From: Bacillota bacterium | GTDB taxonomy: Bacteria > Bacillota > Sulfobacillia > UBA8153 | Direction: 5' to 3' | Assembly: GCA_007130145.1 (NCBI GenBank) | Contig: SLSY01000002.1 | Span: 1-48,433, forward strand | Length of the DNA stretch: 48,433 nt | Shown here: positions 48,359-48,433 of the stretch, piece by piece | Layout: each line of letters starts with the position of its first letter | Numbering within the stretch: the stretch's first letter is position 1 | Notes under the pieces: model-generated | Told to the model about the DNA's origin: nothing | The model's input: the letters and a program-made list of their open reading frames with translations, nothing else | Database searches by the model: none | Translations under genes and position numbers: made by a program

Positions 48359-48433
48359 GCGAGAGTAGTTCAGCGGTAGAATATCGGCTTCCCAAGCCGA
48401 GGGTCGCGGGTTCGAATCCCGTCTCTCGCTCCA
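48359..48433 (+). tRNA. tRNA-Gly(CCC)
   Basis: GCGAGAG acceptor stem, TCGGC-TT-CCC-AA-GCCGA anticodon arm, GGTTCGAATCC, ends TCCA. Confidence 0.96.

Overview
Chromosomal replication-origin region of a fairly GC-rich, probably spore-forming Firmicute (noc, yyaC, lonC, remB are present). Left of oriC, on the minus strand: dnaA-dnaN-recF-dciA(DUF721)-remB-gyrB-gyrA-archease-rtcB-mtnP-mtnA, two tRNA-Ser genes, then a decayed IS3-containing accessory stretch. Right of oriC, on the plus strand: rpmH-rnpA-yidD-yidC-jag-mnmE-mnmG-rsmG-noc-parA-parB with a perfect parS, then DUF554, alr, M23 peptidase, bactofilin, lipid kinase, PRTase, yyaC (minus), mscS, DUF951, ychF, rpsF-ssb-rpsR, yybS, rplI, lonC, dnaB, an FAD oxidoreductase, purA, a divergent M1 peptidase and tRNA-Gly. 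The outstanding feature is a 1687-nt group IIA intron (24199-25885) inserted inside the Walker A motif (KGGVG|KTT) of parA/soj. Its ribozyme signals and exon-binding sites appear intact. Its encoded protein has lost the reverse-transcriptase active site and endonuclease but kept a maturase (X)-like domain. This suggests an immobile, domesticated intron that must be spliced to make Soj. All calls are by manual motif recognition; no searches were run.
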